Notes: generated by a model from the letters alone, not told the origin. A stretch of DNA of 63,998 bases, filler included, from Vicugna vicugna (GCA_013265495.1; 78 parts of 74 records of this genome joined end to end with filler, not necessarily neighbours in it), one strand, 5' to 3'. Positions 12,540-25,558 are shown, counted from the first letter of the whole stretch. Translations and numbers: made by a program.

Positions 12540-13347
12540 ACCCTGAGGGTTTTCCTAATGTCTCTGTGCCAGGGTATGCTACGGATGTTTGCAAGATATC
12601 CCAGTGACAGAGGCTGCCCCCCAAGTTCAGGGATGGTTTTTCTCGGACTTCCCCGAACAGGGAACACCTGTGACTCTAGAGAGCTGCGTGGAGTTGTCTC
12701 TCGCGCTCCCCCACGCACTGACACTGGTTCCGAAATCCTCAGCGTGGGGAGGTTCCACCAACTGTCGGCAACGACTTGGTCTAACGGAAAGCCAAAGCTC
12801 GTCTCCCCTGAGGGTTTTCCTAATGTCTCTGTGCCAGGGAATGCTAGGGGGGTTTGCAGGATATCTAAGTGATAGAGACTGCCTCCCCAAGGTCAGGGAA
12901 GTTATTTCTCGGACTTCCTCGAACAGGGAACACCTGTGACTGAAGAGAGCTGCGTGGAGTTGTCTCTCGAGCTCCCCCACGCACTGACAATGGTTCCGGA
13001 ATCCTGAGCGTGGGGAGGTTCCACCAACGGTCGGCAGCGCGTGGGTTCTAACGGAAAGCCTGAGCTCGTCTCCCCTGAGGGTTTTCCTATTGTCTCTGAG
13101 CCAGGGAATGCTAGGGGGGTTTGCAGGATATCTAAGTGATAGAGACTGCCTCCCCAAGGTCAGGGAAGTTATTTCTCGGACTTCCTCGAACAGGGAACAC
13201 CTGTGACTGAAGAGAGCTGCGTGGAGTTGTCTCTCGAGCTTCCAAACGTACTGACAATGGTTCCGGAATCCTGAGCGTGGGGAGGTTCCACCAACGGTCG
13301 GCAGCGCTTGGGTTCTAACGGAAAGCCTAAGCTCGTCTCCCCTGAGG
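12540..13347. repeat. SatB 267-bp satellite, 3 monomers
   Basis: ggttccacc at 12751, 13017 and 13284. Confidence 0.95.
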
Positions 13348-13654
13348 NNNNNNNNNNNNNNNNNNNNNNNNNNNNNNNNNNNNNNNNNNNNTTAATTAAT
13401 TAANNNNNNNNNNNNNNNNNNNNNNNNNNNNNNNNNNNNNNNNNNNNTTCAGTTTCTTTTAAAGCCATGGTCCCTCTGAGAAACAGAAAATGTAAATATC
13501 TCCTCCCAAACCAACCCTTTAGATTTTGATAAATCCTCCAAGGAGTGACATAGCTCTTTGTGGAAAATTGAAGTGACTGTGATTCCAGGTGGCACAGAAA
13601 AGACTTCAGAGATTTATTGCAGGGAGAGGGCAGGAAAGGGGCAGTATGTCACAT

Positions 13655-13800
13655 GTGAGCATTGGAGCAGGGGCTTGGATTTAAATACGGTGTCTGACGT
13701 GGCCTCTCTCTAATCTTGTACAATGTGATAAATTTCTCTACCTCAGTTTCTTGATGTGTCAAGTTGGGGTGATAATATTTTAGGGCTTTTGTGAAACATT
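13655..13800 (+). mobile_element. MIR SINE fragment
   Basis: tttctctacctcagtttcttgatgtgtcaagttggggtgataata matches the MIR core. Confidence 0.6.
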
Positions 13801-14371
13801 ATACACAGAATCCATTTGTGTCTCGGTAGAAACAAGACCTGCTAGGGATTCAGGGATTTAAAAAAAAAAATCTTGTCCATAGCACTGTGTCGGTGTGTAT
13901 TTTGAAGTTCCTGGTGGCTGAGGGTTGAGTCTAAAGTCCATCGTGGGACAGGTGGCCCATAGTACTCTTTGCCCCAGATTGCCCCCTCCTCCCCAGTCCT
14001 CTTCATCAGTTCAGGATGAAGTTCCCTAGTAGATTTACACAGAGGTCTTGTGGAAATGGCTTTTCATTTTATTGTTTCACCAAGGAGGGCTGCCTTCATG
14101 ATCTCTGTGGTCAGGTTTTGAAGGGCTGCCATCATGATGTCTGGTCAGGTGAAGACTATGCATTGGGAGTCTCTATTTAATAAAAAGAAAAAATTGCAAA
14201 AGTTAGAACAAGGGTGGTGACAGGGTTCTTGGAAGTGGGCACTGTTAGCTTTCTTAGCTTCAGGTGCAGTGNNNNNNNNNNNNNNNNNNNNNNNNNNNNN
14301 NNNNNNNNNNNNNNNTTAATTAATTAANNNNNNNNNNNNNNNNNNNNNNNNNNNNNNNNNNNNNNNNNNNN

Positions 14372-15072
14372 ACAGAATACTGAATACAGTATTTAGAATA
14401 TAGAACGCAGAACACATAATTAAGAATAAAGAATACATAATACTGAATAAGAAATTAGAACATGGAATGAAGAATACAGAATTTAGAATATAGATTAGAG
14501 AATACTGAATATAGAATTTAGCTTATAGAATGTAGATCACAGAATATAGAATATAGAATACAAGAATATAGAATACCGAATGCAGAATATAGAATGTAGA
14601 ATATAGAATGAAGAACACAGAATTTAGAAATAGAATAGAGAATATAGAATCCAGAATTTAGATCATGGAATGTAGAATACATAATTTAGAATATAAAATA
14701 CGGAATACTAAATATAGAAATTAGCATATAGTATTTAGAACACTGAATATAGAATATAGAACACGGAAAGTAGAATATAGACTTTAGAATATTGAATGAA
14801 GAACACAAATAATAGAATATATAAAAGAGAATATAGAACCCAGAATTTAGAAATGGAATGCAGAACACAGAATTTAGTATATAGAATATAGAATACTGAA
14901 TATAGGTCTTAGTATATAGAACGTAGAACACAGACTATAGAATAAAGAATAAGAAATGCAGAATATAGAATACAGAATACGGATTATAGAATTTAGAACA
15001 TATAATGCAGAACACATAATTTAAAAACATATAGAATGTAGAACACAGAATAAAGAATATAGAATACGGAAT
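14372..15072. repeat. SatE heptamer satellite
   Basis: 7-nt GAA periodicity. Confidence 0.95.
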
Positions 15073-15172
15073 NNNNNNNNNNNNNNNNNNNNNNNNNNNN
15101 NNNNNNNNNNNNNNNNTTAATTAATTAANNNNNNNNNNNNNNNNNNNNNNNNNNNNNNNNNNNNNNNNNNNN

Positions 15173-16073
15173 GGCATTCCGGGTTCCGTACATGCTACAT
15201 GCATGACTTATTCGGCATACATCGGTTTCTGAGATCTCAGCATGTGGATTACTGACCTTTCATCCACCAAACAAGGCATATATACACTTAGAAATATTTA
15301 CTCTGACTTCATAGGTTTTTTCTGTCACCAGGTACTAAAATCGGACTTTTGGCACTAGAAANNNNNNNNNNCTCTTTGAGCGAATTCTCACCAATACACA
15401 TGTAATTCACATTGTTTACATAACCATGGCATTCCATATTCCGAACATGTTTCATGCAACACCAATTCCTCAAACATGAATTTCTCAGTTGTGTATATGC
15501 TAATGACTGATGTTTCAATCATTAAAAGTTACATATGCACTTAAATATGTATACTTTGTCTTCGTAGCTTCTTCCTATCACCAGGTTCAAGAATCACACT
15601 TTGATCCCAGAAAAACCCTCTTGGAGCGCATTCTACCCTAGAGATATGTAATTTGAATAGATTCTATCTACATTATATTCCGTGTTCCGTACATGCTACA
15701 TGCATGACGGATTCGAAAAACATGCATTCCTGAGTTGAGAGCATGTGGATTACTGATGTTTCATCCTCTATAAAAGGAAATTTTCTTCTAGATACGTGTA
15801 CAGATTTTCACAAGCTTTCCCTAACAACTGCTTAGAATTCGTGCATTCTTCACAGAAAAATACATCTGGAGCGATTTCCACCTAACAGATATGTAATTTA
15901 AATGCATTCCATCAACAGGGCATTCCGGATTCCGTAAATGCTACACGCAAGACGGATTCGACAAACATGCGTTTCTCAGTTGTGAGCATGTGGCTTAGTG
16001 AACTTTCATCCACCGAAGAAGTCATATAATACACTTTGAAATATTTACTGTGACTTCATAAGTTTTTTGTATC
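15173..16073. repeat. SatC AT-rich satellite (~246-bp monomers, order A-B-C-A')
   Basis: catgctacatgcatgac-like anchors at ~15194, 15449, 15695 and 15940. Confidence 0.93.
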
Positions 16074-16173
16074 NNNNNNNNNNNNNNNNNNNNNNNNNNN
16101 NNNNNNNNNNNNNNNNNTTAATTAATTAANNNNNNNNNNNNNNNNNNNNNNNNNNNNNNNNNNNNNNNNNNNN

Positions 16174-16578
16174 AAGATAATCTGGATGAAATGGATAAAT
16201 TCCTAGAAGGACATAAATTAATGAAGCCAATGCAAGGGGAAATAGAAAACTCAAATAATCCTACAGTAATTAGTAATGGAAATAGTAAACGAAAACTTTC
16301 CAACAAGGAAATGCTAGGCCCGTATGGCTTTGCTGGTGAATTCCATCAACTACTTAAAGAAAAAACAAAAACAAAAACAAACAAAATAAAACAATGCTTC
16401 ACAAACTCGTCTAAAAATAAAGAGGAGGGAACACTTCCCAATTCATTATTCACAAAGGAAAGAGAGAAAAGAAAAATATCCAATTAAAATTAATAACCCA
16501 GTCTGACCAAAATTGTAAGACACAAATCAATATATAAAAAAGTAATTATATTTCTATACAACAGCAGTGCAGTGAATA
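16174..16578 (+). mobile_element. LINE-1 ORF2 fragment
   Basis: Translates to MDKFLE...GPYGFAGEFHQ...EEGTLPNS, the L1 ORF2 region upstream of RT. Confidence 0.9.
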
Positions 16579-16678
16579 NNNNNNNNNNNNNNNNNNNNNN
16601 NNNNNNNNNNNNNNNNNNNNNNTTAATTAATTAANNNNNNNNNNNNNNNNNNNNNNNNNNNNNNNNNNNNNNNNNNNN

Positions 16679-17124
16679 GATTGGGCTCTAAACCAAGAAT
16701 TAGCGAGAGCCTATCCATGGGATATGAATGTTAACACACAACCCACAACCATGAAATAACTGTGCCCCCTGAAAGATGCTTTGACTCTGTTTCCCTACAT
16801 CCAGCACACAAACGAAGATGTTTTCTGGTGTTCTGAGTCTGGGTAGGTTCCTCCAACTGACAGCAGCACCTGGGTTNNNNNNNNNNNNNNNNNNNNNNNN
16901 NNNNNNNNNNNNNNNNNNNNNNNNNNNNNNNNNNNNNNNNNNNNNNNNNNNNNNNNNNNNNNNNNNNNNNNNNNNNNNNNNNNNNNNNNNNNNNNNNNNN
17001 NNNNNNNNNNNNNNNNNNNNNNNNNNNNNNNNNNNNNNNNNNGCGTGGAATCCCCGACCTTCAGTACACACGCGGAGATGTGCTCAGGTGTCCTGATTTT
17101 GGGGAGGTTCCTCCAAGTGACAGC
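16679..17124. repeat. SatD (diverged 267-bp family)
   Basis: ggttcctccaactgacagcagcacctggg core. Confidence 0.88.
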
Positions 17125-17224
17125 NNNNNNNNNNNNNNNNNNNNNNNNNNNNNNNNNNNNNNNNNNNNTTAATTAATTAANNNNNNNNNNNNNNNNNNNN
17201 NNNNNNNNNNNNNNNNNNNNNNNN

Positions 17225-17700
17225 TGAGAGTAGGGAGGCTCCACAAACTGACAGCAGCTCCTGGGTTCTCATAGAATCCTTTTGCTTGACTTCCCTAAGT
17301 GTTTTCCTAGGTCTAGCAGTGAGCGATGGTGGGGGATGGGCTCTAAAGCCAAGTATTAGCGAGTGCATCTCTGTGGGAAGTGGAGGGTTTTAAACTACTT
17401 CCCCAAACTTGGAAAACCTGTTCCCCCATAAAGATGCGTGGAATCTGTTTCCCGACCACCAGTACACACACGGAGATATGCTCAGGTGTCCTGATTGTGG
17501 GGAGGCTCCTCCAAGTGACAGCAGTGCCTGGGTTCTAATAGAATAACTAGCTTGAATTCCTTGTGTGTTTTCCTAGGCCGGGCTGAGAGGGAAAGCTGGG
17601 AGTTTGCCTTGGAGGCCAAGTAGCAGCAACTGCCTACTGAAGAAGTATATAGATGAATTCTCCCTAAATGTGAACACCTGTGCCCACATCCATCTACGTG
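17225..17700. repeat. SatD
   Basis: gacagcag at 17250 and 17517 (period 267). Confidence 0.9.
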
Positions 17701-17800
17701 NNNNNNNNNNNNNNNNNNNNNNNNNNNNNNNNNNNNNNNNNNNNTTAATTAATTAANNNNNNNNNNNNNNNNNNNNNNNNNNNNNNNNNNNNNNNNNNNN

Positions 17801-18562
17801 CCTGCAGGCCACGTGGTGCAGACATGGAGCTAATCCACAAGCTACGCCGGGGCAGCCTCACTATCCCCGCAGCCACCAACTTACCAGATCCCTGACCGCA
17901 CCGCACCCATCTCCCAGGAGCAAGCTCACCTGGAGTCGGACCTCAGGCAAATCTCCGGCGGCAGAGGTTTCCCCCAGGCCAGGCCACGAGGGAGAGAAGA
18001 TATGGAGCAGCTCCCTGGAACAGCCCCCCTCCCCCTGCCACCGCCGCCGCCGCCTCCCAGGAACAAGCTCACCTGGAGACCGGCGTCCCGCCTCTAGGGC
18101 AGTGGAAGCCACTCCCAGGCTCCACTGCGGGGGAGAGCGGAGCCAATTGACCAGCTTCCCCGAGGCAGCCCCCCTCCCCCCGTGGGCCCTGCAGCTTAAT
18201 GGCACCGCCCCTACTCCTCACTAAGCTAGCTGAATGGGACAGGCGTGTCCGGCGACCTGGGCAGCAGAGGCCGCTCCCAGGCCCGGCAGCCGGGTCAAGG
18301 CAGCTATTCCACCAGTTCGCCAGGGGCAGCCAAGCTCCGCCCCCCTGCCGCTGCCGCCGCACCCGGACCTAACCACCCCACCTCCCAGGAGCAAGCTTAC
18401 ATGGAGTCCAACATCTGGCGAATCTCCGGCGGCCAAGGCCCCCCGAGGCCAGGCTGCAGGGAAGAGAAGAAATCGACCGGTTTGCCCGGGCAGCCTCCCA
18501 CCCGTCGCCGCCTCCACCGCCGCCTCCGCCGCCCCAAACCATTACACCAGCCTCCCAGGGTC
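17801..18562. repeat. GC-rich degenerate tandem repeat (143-170-bp subunits, ~471-bp higher unit)
   Basis: ctcccaggagcaagct at 17911 and 18382; related ctcccagg anchors at 18054 and 18552, diverged copy at ~18214. Confidence 0.75.
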
Positions 18563-19336
18563 NNNNNNNNNNNNNNNNNNNNNNNNNNNNNNNNNNNNNN
18601 NNNNNNTTAATTAATTAANNNNNNNNNNNNNNNNNNNNNNNNNNNNNNNNNNNNNNNNNNNNTCTACCCTCTGAGTTTCTGGAACTCAGCTGGAAGAATA
18701 CATGATCAGGCCAGACCCAGAGCCCAAGCCAAACACGACAGGGGTCACGTGGGGTTGTAACTCCATGCTCAGTGGTCGGGGTCTCCTTGCAAATCTGCAG
18801 AAATCCCTGTCCCGCCTCATTCCTGGGAGAAACCCCAGATCTCCTCCTGCTCTGTCTGTTCTTCTCTTGAGGCTATTGTCCTAGAGGGATGCAGAGTCCT
18901 TAAACCTGGCCCTCCAAACGTACATAAGCAGCCTGTTCAATAAAATAAATTATGCACTTTTTCACATTTGCCAGTTTTTTGATTCCAGAAAGGCTGCGGG
19001 ACTCTTTCTCACTGTCTCCTGTGCCCCCATCACTTGGTGGCCCTCTGCTCATGGAAACACGATTTCCCAAAACTGCACCCTGCCTCCCAGCTTGTCAGAG
19101 GGGAGTGACCCACAAAGACACAGGTGTTTGTGAGGATCCTTTCCCCCAGCAGAAAACCTACTCCTGGAGCCACGGACAGGGATCTGGCCTTCTGAGCCGC
19201 TCAGCTTTAATTGAAAGCCTAAACTGGGGACCCCGANNNNNNNNNNNNNNNNNNNNNNNNNNNNNNNNNNNNNNNNNNNNTTAATTAATTAANNNNNNNN
19301 NNNNNNNNNNNNNNNNNNNNNNNNNNNNNNNNNNNN

Positions 19337-19856
19337 GAAAGTTCAATAATACACATGCTCACAACTCAGAGACTCATGTTTACGTATCTGTCATGTGTGT
19401 AGCATGTACGGAACCTGGAATACCATGTTGATGGAATTCATGTAAATTACATATCTGTTAGGTGGAAATCGCTCCAGAAGAATTTTTCTGTGAAAAAAGC
19501 ACGAATTCCAAACTGGTGCTAGGGAAAGCTTGTGAAAATGTGTANNNNNNNNNNNNNNNNNNNNNNNNNNNNNNNNNNNNNNNNNNNNNNNNNNNNNNNN
19601 NNNNNNNNNNNNNNNNNNNNNNNNNNNNNNNNNNNNNNNNNNNNNNNNNNNNNNNNNNNNNNNNNNNNNNNNNNNNNNNNNNNNNNNNNNNNNNNNNNNN
19701 NNNNNNNNNNNNNNNNNNNNNNNNNNNNNNNNNNNNNNNNNNNNNNNNNNNNNNNNCTGGTGATAGAGCTATGAAGTCAAAGTAAATATTTCAGAATGCT
19801 TAGGTATCATATTTGGTGGTTGAAACATCAGTCATGCGCATGTTCTCAACTCAGAA
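19337..19856. repeat. SatC
   Basis: gatggaattcatgtaaattacatatc, cacatgctcacaactcag. Confidence 0.9.
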
Positions 19857-19956
19857 NNNNNNNNNNNNNNNNNNNNNNNNNNNNNNNNNNNNNNNNNNNN
19901 TTAATTAATTAANNNNNNNNNNNNNNNNNNNNNNNNNNNNNNNNNNNNNNNNNNNN

Positions 19957-20656
19957 TATGCAATGCAATCAATACTTTGCATTCCTATCAACAGTGTTCA
20001 CAGTGTTCCTTTTTCTACACAATCTCACTAACATCTATTCCTTTTTTTGATGAGAGCCTTCTGAAAACTGTGAGGTCTTGTCTCATTTTTGGTTTATGAC
20101 TTTCCTTATAATTTATAACTCTGAACATATTTTCATGTGTCATTTAGCCAACTCTATGTTTTCTACAGAAAATTGATTCAGATCTTTCTNNNNNNNNNNN
20201 NNNNNNNNNNNNNNNNNNNNNNNNNNNNNNNNNNNNNNNNNNNNNNNNNNNNNNNNNNNNNNNNNNNNNNNNNNNNNNNNNNNNNNNNNNNNNNNNNNNN
20301 NNNNNNNNNNNNNNNNNNNNNNNNNNNNNNNNNNNNNNNNNNNNNNNNNNNNNNNNNNNNNNNNNNNNNNNNNNNNNNNNNNNNNNNNNNNNNNNNNNNN
20401 NNNNNNNNNNNNNNNNNNNNNNNNNNNNNNNNNNNNNNNNNNNNNNNNNNNNNNNNNNNNNNNNNNNNNNNNNNNNNNNNNNNNNNNNNNNNNNNNNNNN
20501 NNNNNNNNNNNNNNNNNNNNNNNNNNNNNNNNNNNNNNNNNNNNNNNNNNNNNNNNNNNNNNNNNNNNNNNNNTTTCAGATTTTATATATGCCCAGGAGT
20601 GGGATTGCTGTGTCATATGATAGTTCTATAGAAAATTGCCTTCTGCTCACTTTCTG
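19957..20656 (-). mobile_element. LINE-1 fragments
   Basis: tatatgcccaggagtgggattgctg, cattcctatcaacagtg. Confidence 0.75.
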
Positions 20657-21585
20657 NNNNNNNNNNNNNNNNNNNNNNNNNNNNNNNNNNNNNNNNNNNN
20701 TTAATTAATTAANNNNNNNNNNNNNNNNNNNNNNNNNNNNNNNNNNNNNNNNNNNNATACCAATTTCACAAACTTTTATCTCAATTTTATTAAATCTCAT
20801 ATCTTTAATTTTTATATTCATTAGGTTTAATCAATATTTATTTCTAGAAGGAGTGCCAGAAGCCTTTTTTTTTTATTTTTTTTTGTGCATTGTATATAAT
20901 TTTATAGACGTCTCTAGGATGCCCAAGTTTCAGACAAAGAGCTTAGGCCCTTCTTAGTTTTTAACTTGATTAATTGGTCTGTTGTCCCAATTATTGATCA
21001 AGTATTTCAGTCTATGTATACATATATTTTAAACTGTGGTAAATAAAACGGGCTTATTTGAACTTTAATGTTCGGGGGTGTAGGTGATCTGTTTGGCCTT
21101 TTTATTTTAACTTTACGTAGTGTAGTATCAAAACCTTGTATCTAAATCCAAAAATGTCCATTTTATTTATCAAACTTAAAATAACAATATAAAAATATTT
21201 ATCCATTTGGGATAAGCCACTTATCTTTTTTTTNNNNNNNNNNNNNNNNNNNNNNNNNNNNNNNNNNNNNNNNNNNNTTAATTAATTAANNNNNNNNNNN
21301 NNNNNNNNNNNNNNNNNNNNNNNNNNNNNNNNNCGCCAATTGGTGGAGGCTGCTTCTGTCCCTTGGCTGGAGCCTCAGAGTTCCCTTCACAACCCAGTTC
21401 TGTTGACACAAGAAAAAAAACGGGCGGCATGAGAAGGGCCGTGTCCCATGTTTTGGTTGAGGCCCTGGGATATGCCCAACCAGATNNNNNNNNNNNNNNN
21501 NNNNNNNNNNNNNNNNNNNNNNNNNNNNNTTAATTAATTAANNNNNNNNNNNNNNNNNNNNNNNNNNNNNNNNNNNNNNNNNNNN

Positions 21586-22356
21586 GGGGTTTGGAGGTTA
21601 TTAACCAAAAACCCACAACATGGGAATACCGTGCTCCTTGAAAAAAGCGTGGACTCTTTATCCCCACAACCAGAACACACATGAAGAAGTTTTCTGCTAT
21701 CCTGGGTGTGGGCTGGCAATTTCAGGTGACAGAAGCGGCTGGGTTCTAGTAGAATCCCTTAGCTTGTAATCCCTGAGTGTTTCCCTAGGACTGACTCTGA
21801 GAGNNNNNNNNNNNNNNNNNNNNNNNNNNNNNNNNNNNNNNNNNNNNNNNNNNNNNNNNNNNNNNNNNNNNNNNNNNNNNNNNNNNNNNNNNNNNNNNNN
21901 NNNNNNNNNNNNNNNNNNNNNNNNNNNNNNNNNNNNNNNNNNNNNNNNNNNNNNNNNNNNNNNNNNNNNNNNNNNNNNNNNNNNNNNNNNNNNNNNNNNN
22001 NNNNNNNNNNNNNNNNNNNNNNNNNNNNNNNNNNNNNNNNNNNNNNNNNNNNNNNNNNNNNNTGGTTGAAAGTGGGATTTGGGATCTAAAACTAAGTATT
22101 AGCGTGTGCCTCTCCATGGGCAGTGGAGATGTTTAAACTACAACCCACAACTTGGGAATTACTGTGACCCCTGAAAAATGCGTGTGCTATGTTTCCCCAC
22201 GTCCAGCACACACAGGAAGAAGTGTTCTGGGGTTCTGAGTGTGGGGAGGTTCCTCCAACAGACAGCTGCACCTGGATTTTAATAGAATACCTTAGCTTGA
22301 CATCCCTAAGTATTTCCTAGGCCTAGCAGTAAGCGATGGTGGGGGATGGGCTCTAA
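21586..22356. repeat. SatD
   Basis: gagtgtggggaggttcctccaacagacagc; ggtgggggatgggctcta. Confidence 0.88.
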
Positions 22357-22456
22357 NNNNNNNNNNNNNNNNNNNNNNNNNNNNNNNNNNNNNNNNNNNN
22401 TTAATTAATTAANNNNNNNNNNNNNNNNNNNNNNNNNNNNNNNNNNNNNNNNNNNN

Positions 22457-22971
22457 TATAAAAGGAATATTTTCATCTGGACACGTGTACACATTTTAAC
22501 AAAATTTCCCTAACATCAAGTTCGAATTCATGTATTTTTGACAGAAAAATTTTTCTGGAGCGAATTCCACCTAACAGAGTTGTAATTGACATGAGTTCCT
22601 ACAACATGGCATTCCGGGTTCCGTACATGCTTCATGTATGACGGATTCGGCAATCATACGTTTCTGGCTTGTGAACATGTGGATTACTGACCTTTCATCC
22701 ACCAAACAAGGCGTATATACGCTTAGAAACATTTACTCGTACTTCATAGTTTTTTTCTATCACCAGGTTCTAAAGTCGGACATTTGGCACCAGAAAACAT
22801 ACTTTGAGCGAAATCTCACCAATACACATGTAATTTGCATTGTTTACATAACCATGGCATTCCATACTACGAACATGCTTCATGCATCACGGATTCCTCA
22901 GACATGCATAGACATGCATTTCTGAATTTTGAACATGCGCATGACTGTTGTTTCAACCACCAAACAAGTTA
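22457..22971. repeat. SatC
   Basis: Monomer order C-A-B as in 31861-32777. Confidence 0.92.
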
Positions 22972-23652
22972 NNNNNNNNNNNNNNNNNNNNNNNNNNNNN
23001 NNNNNNNNNNNNNNNTTAATTAATTAANNNNNNNNNNNNNNNNNNNNNNNNNNNNNNNNNNNNNNNNNNNNCTCTCTTCCCAGAGAACAGCATCTCTGAG
23101 CCCGTCCTGGGTGACCGCACAGAGATCACGCAATTGGCCCAGGCTAGTGAACGGGAACATGTACCTTCCTGCAGCCAACCCCAGACGTTCACTGATGCAT
23201 CATATACTGGCAAAGATGTGAGTCCCTGTGCATTGGTCTAACAGCAGAGACTCTGCCACAGGCCCAAGAGGTGGTGTGTGGGACATGCAGCGGTGCAGGA
23301 GTTTAGGCAGTGCAAAAGTGTAAGTAGTGGCAGGGGTGCAGGGGCTGTNNNNNNNNNNNNNNNNNNNNNNNNNNNNNNNNNNNNNNNNNNNNNNNNNNNN
23401 NNNNNNNNNNNNNNNNNNNNNNNNNNNNNNNNNNNNNNNNNNNNNNNNNNNNNNNNNNNNNNNNNNNNNNNNNNNNNNNNNNNNNNNNTAGTCAGCCTGA
23501 CCCTGGAAGGCTGGTGTAATGGTTTGGGGCGGCGGAGGCGGCGGTGGAGGCGNNNNNNNNNNNNNNNNNNNNNNNNNNNNNNNNNNNNNNNNNNNNTTAA
23601 TTAATTAANNNNNNNNNNNNNNNNNNNNNNNNNNNNNNNNNNNNNNNNNNNN

Positions 23653-24435
23653 ACATGCAGAATACAGAATATATAATGTAGAATATACAATGTATAAAAC
23701 AGAATATATAATATAGAACACAGAAAGTGAATGTAGAGTATAGAATGTAGAACTGAGAATATAGAATATAGAATACAGAATACAGAACACAGAATACAGA
23801 AAATGGAATTCAGAACACAGAATTCAGTATAAAGAATACAAAATACGGAATTTAGAATGTAAAATACAAAATGGAGAATACAGAAAATAAAATATAGTAT
23901 ACAGAATGCAGAATCCAGAAATTAGAACATGGAATTGAGAACACAGAATTTAGAATACAGAATACAGTATATAGAATTTAGAAAATATAATACAGAATAT
24001 AGAATGCAGAATAAAGAGTACAGAATTTAGAACATGAGGAATTCAGAACAGAGAATTTAGAATAAAAAGTACAGAATACAGAATATACAATGTAGAATAT
24101 AGAATGTAGAACACAGAATATAGAATATAGAAACAGAAAACAGAACCCAGAATTTAGAACATGGAATTCAGAACAGAGAATTTAGAATAAAAAGTACAGA
24201 ATACAGAATATACAATGTAGAATATAGAATGTAGAACACAGAATATAGAATATAGAAACAGAAAACAGAACCCAGAATTTAGAACATGGAATTCAGAACA
24301 GAGAATTTAGAATAAAAAGTACAGAATACAGAATATACAATGTAGAATATAGAATGTAGAACACAGAATATAGAATATAGAAACAGAAAACAGAACCCAG
24401 AATTTAGAACATGGTATTCAGAGCACAGAATACAG
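23653..24435. repeat. SatE with three near-identical 125-bp units
   Basis: aataaaaagtacag at 24061, 24186 and 24311. Confidence 0.95.
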
Positions 24436-25119
24436 NNNNNNNNNNNNNNNNNNNNNNNNNNNNNNNNNNNNNNNNNNNNTTAATTAATTAANNNNNNNNN
24501 NNNNNNNNNNNNNNNNNNNNNNNNNNNNNNNNNNNGGGTGGGGTAGTGGTTAGAAATGATAAAGCCAGAGATCTAAAAGAATTTTGGACCCTACCCTCCT
24601 AACTGGCAGACCTTTAGTTACCTAGCACAGGTGTGTAACTAAGACAGTGAATGAGAGGCAAATTTATAGTCCTTTCAGTGTGACTGCTCAGTCAAGGGGT
24701 CGGGACCACTCTGGCCAGGAACGACAAGACTGTGGATGGGGTGGATGTGTAGTAGGAGCTGACACTTGCTTCTGACCTGAGAGGCAGGGGTGTGTTGCAG
24801 AAAAGCCGACAGTGCTGGAAAGATGCAGTAGGTCCATAACCCAAAAAGAGCTGTCATATTCAGGGAGGTCAGAGAGCAAGAACCAGAGTTAGTGATGCCA
24901 CAGAGTCAGCAGCGTGGCAGCAGTGATGTCAGTATCTGTGTCCATAACCCACCTAACCCTACATGAACTCATCTGCCTACAGGGGGCAGGTAAGAAGCAG
25001 AAATGTGCGGAGTGGGTGCAGCCACTGGCAAATTGGCAAGTGGACATCCTAAGGAAACGCACTGCTCACAGTCACCATATTGGAAAGAGGGCCCCACACT
25101 CTCAGATCTCCTTCTTATT

Positions 25120-25458
25120 CAAGAGAAGCCAGAAATTAAGACTTTATTAGCAATCAACCCAGTTCAAAACCCAGAAAAGATATCATTTATAATGACAACA
25201 AAGGCACAGACTTTTCAGAAATAAATTAATGAAAAATGTTAAGATAGACTTAAAAAAAGAAAAAAAAAATGATGATTGAATGAGCAGTAGAATGCACCAT
25301 ACTCTTCATTGGGCAGACTCAATTTCGGGGACATAGCACAATTTTTCTCCAAAATAAATTTAGAATCTGAATGCAAATTTAGTTAATAAACCCAAATGGA
25401 TTTAAGAAAAAACTCTGAAAGGTGATCCTAAGATTCTTCCAGAAATATACACAAATAT
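25120..25458 (+). mobile_element. Old LINE-1 ORF2 remnant
   Basis: catactcttcattgggcagactcaat, gtgatcctaagattc resemble L1M ORF2. Confidence 0.5.
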
Positions 25459-25558
25459 NNNNNNNNNNNNNNNNNNNNNNNNNNNNNNNNNNNNNNNNNN
25501 NNTTAATTAATTAANNNNNNNNNNNNNNNNNNNNNNNNNNNNNNNNNNNNNNNNNNNN

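Noticed and set aside
20757..21233. Possible ERV internal fragment
   Set aside because: AT-rich and only vaguely similar; cannot be assigned without a library search.
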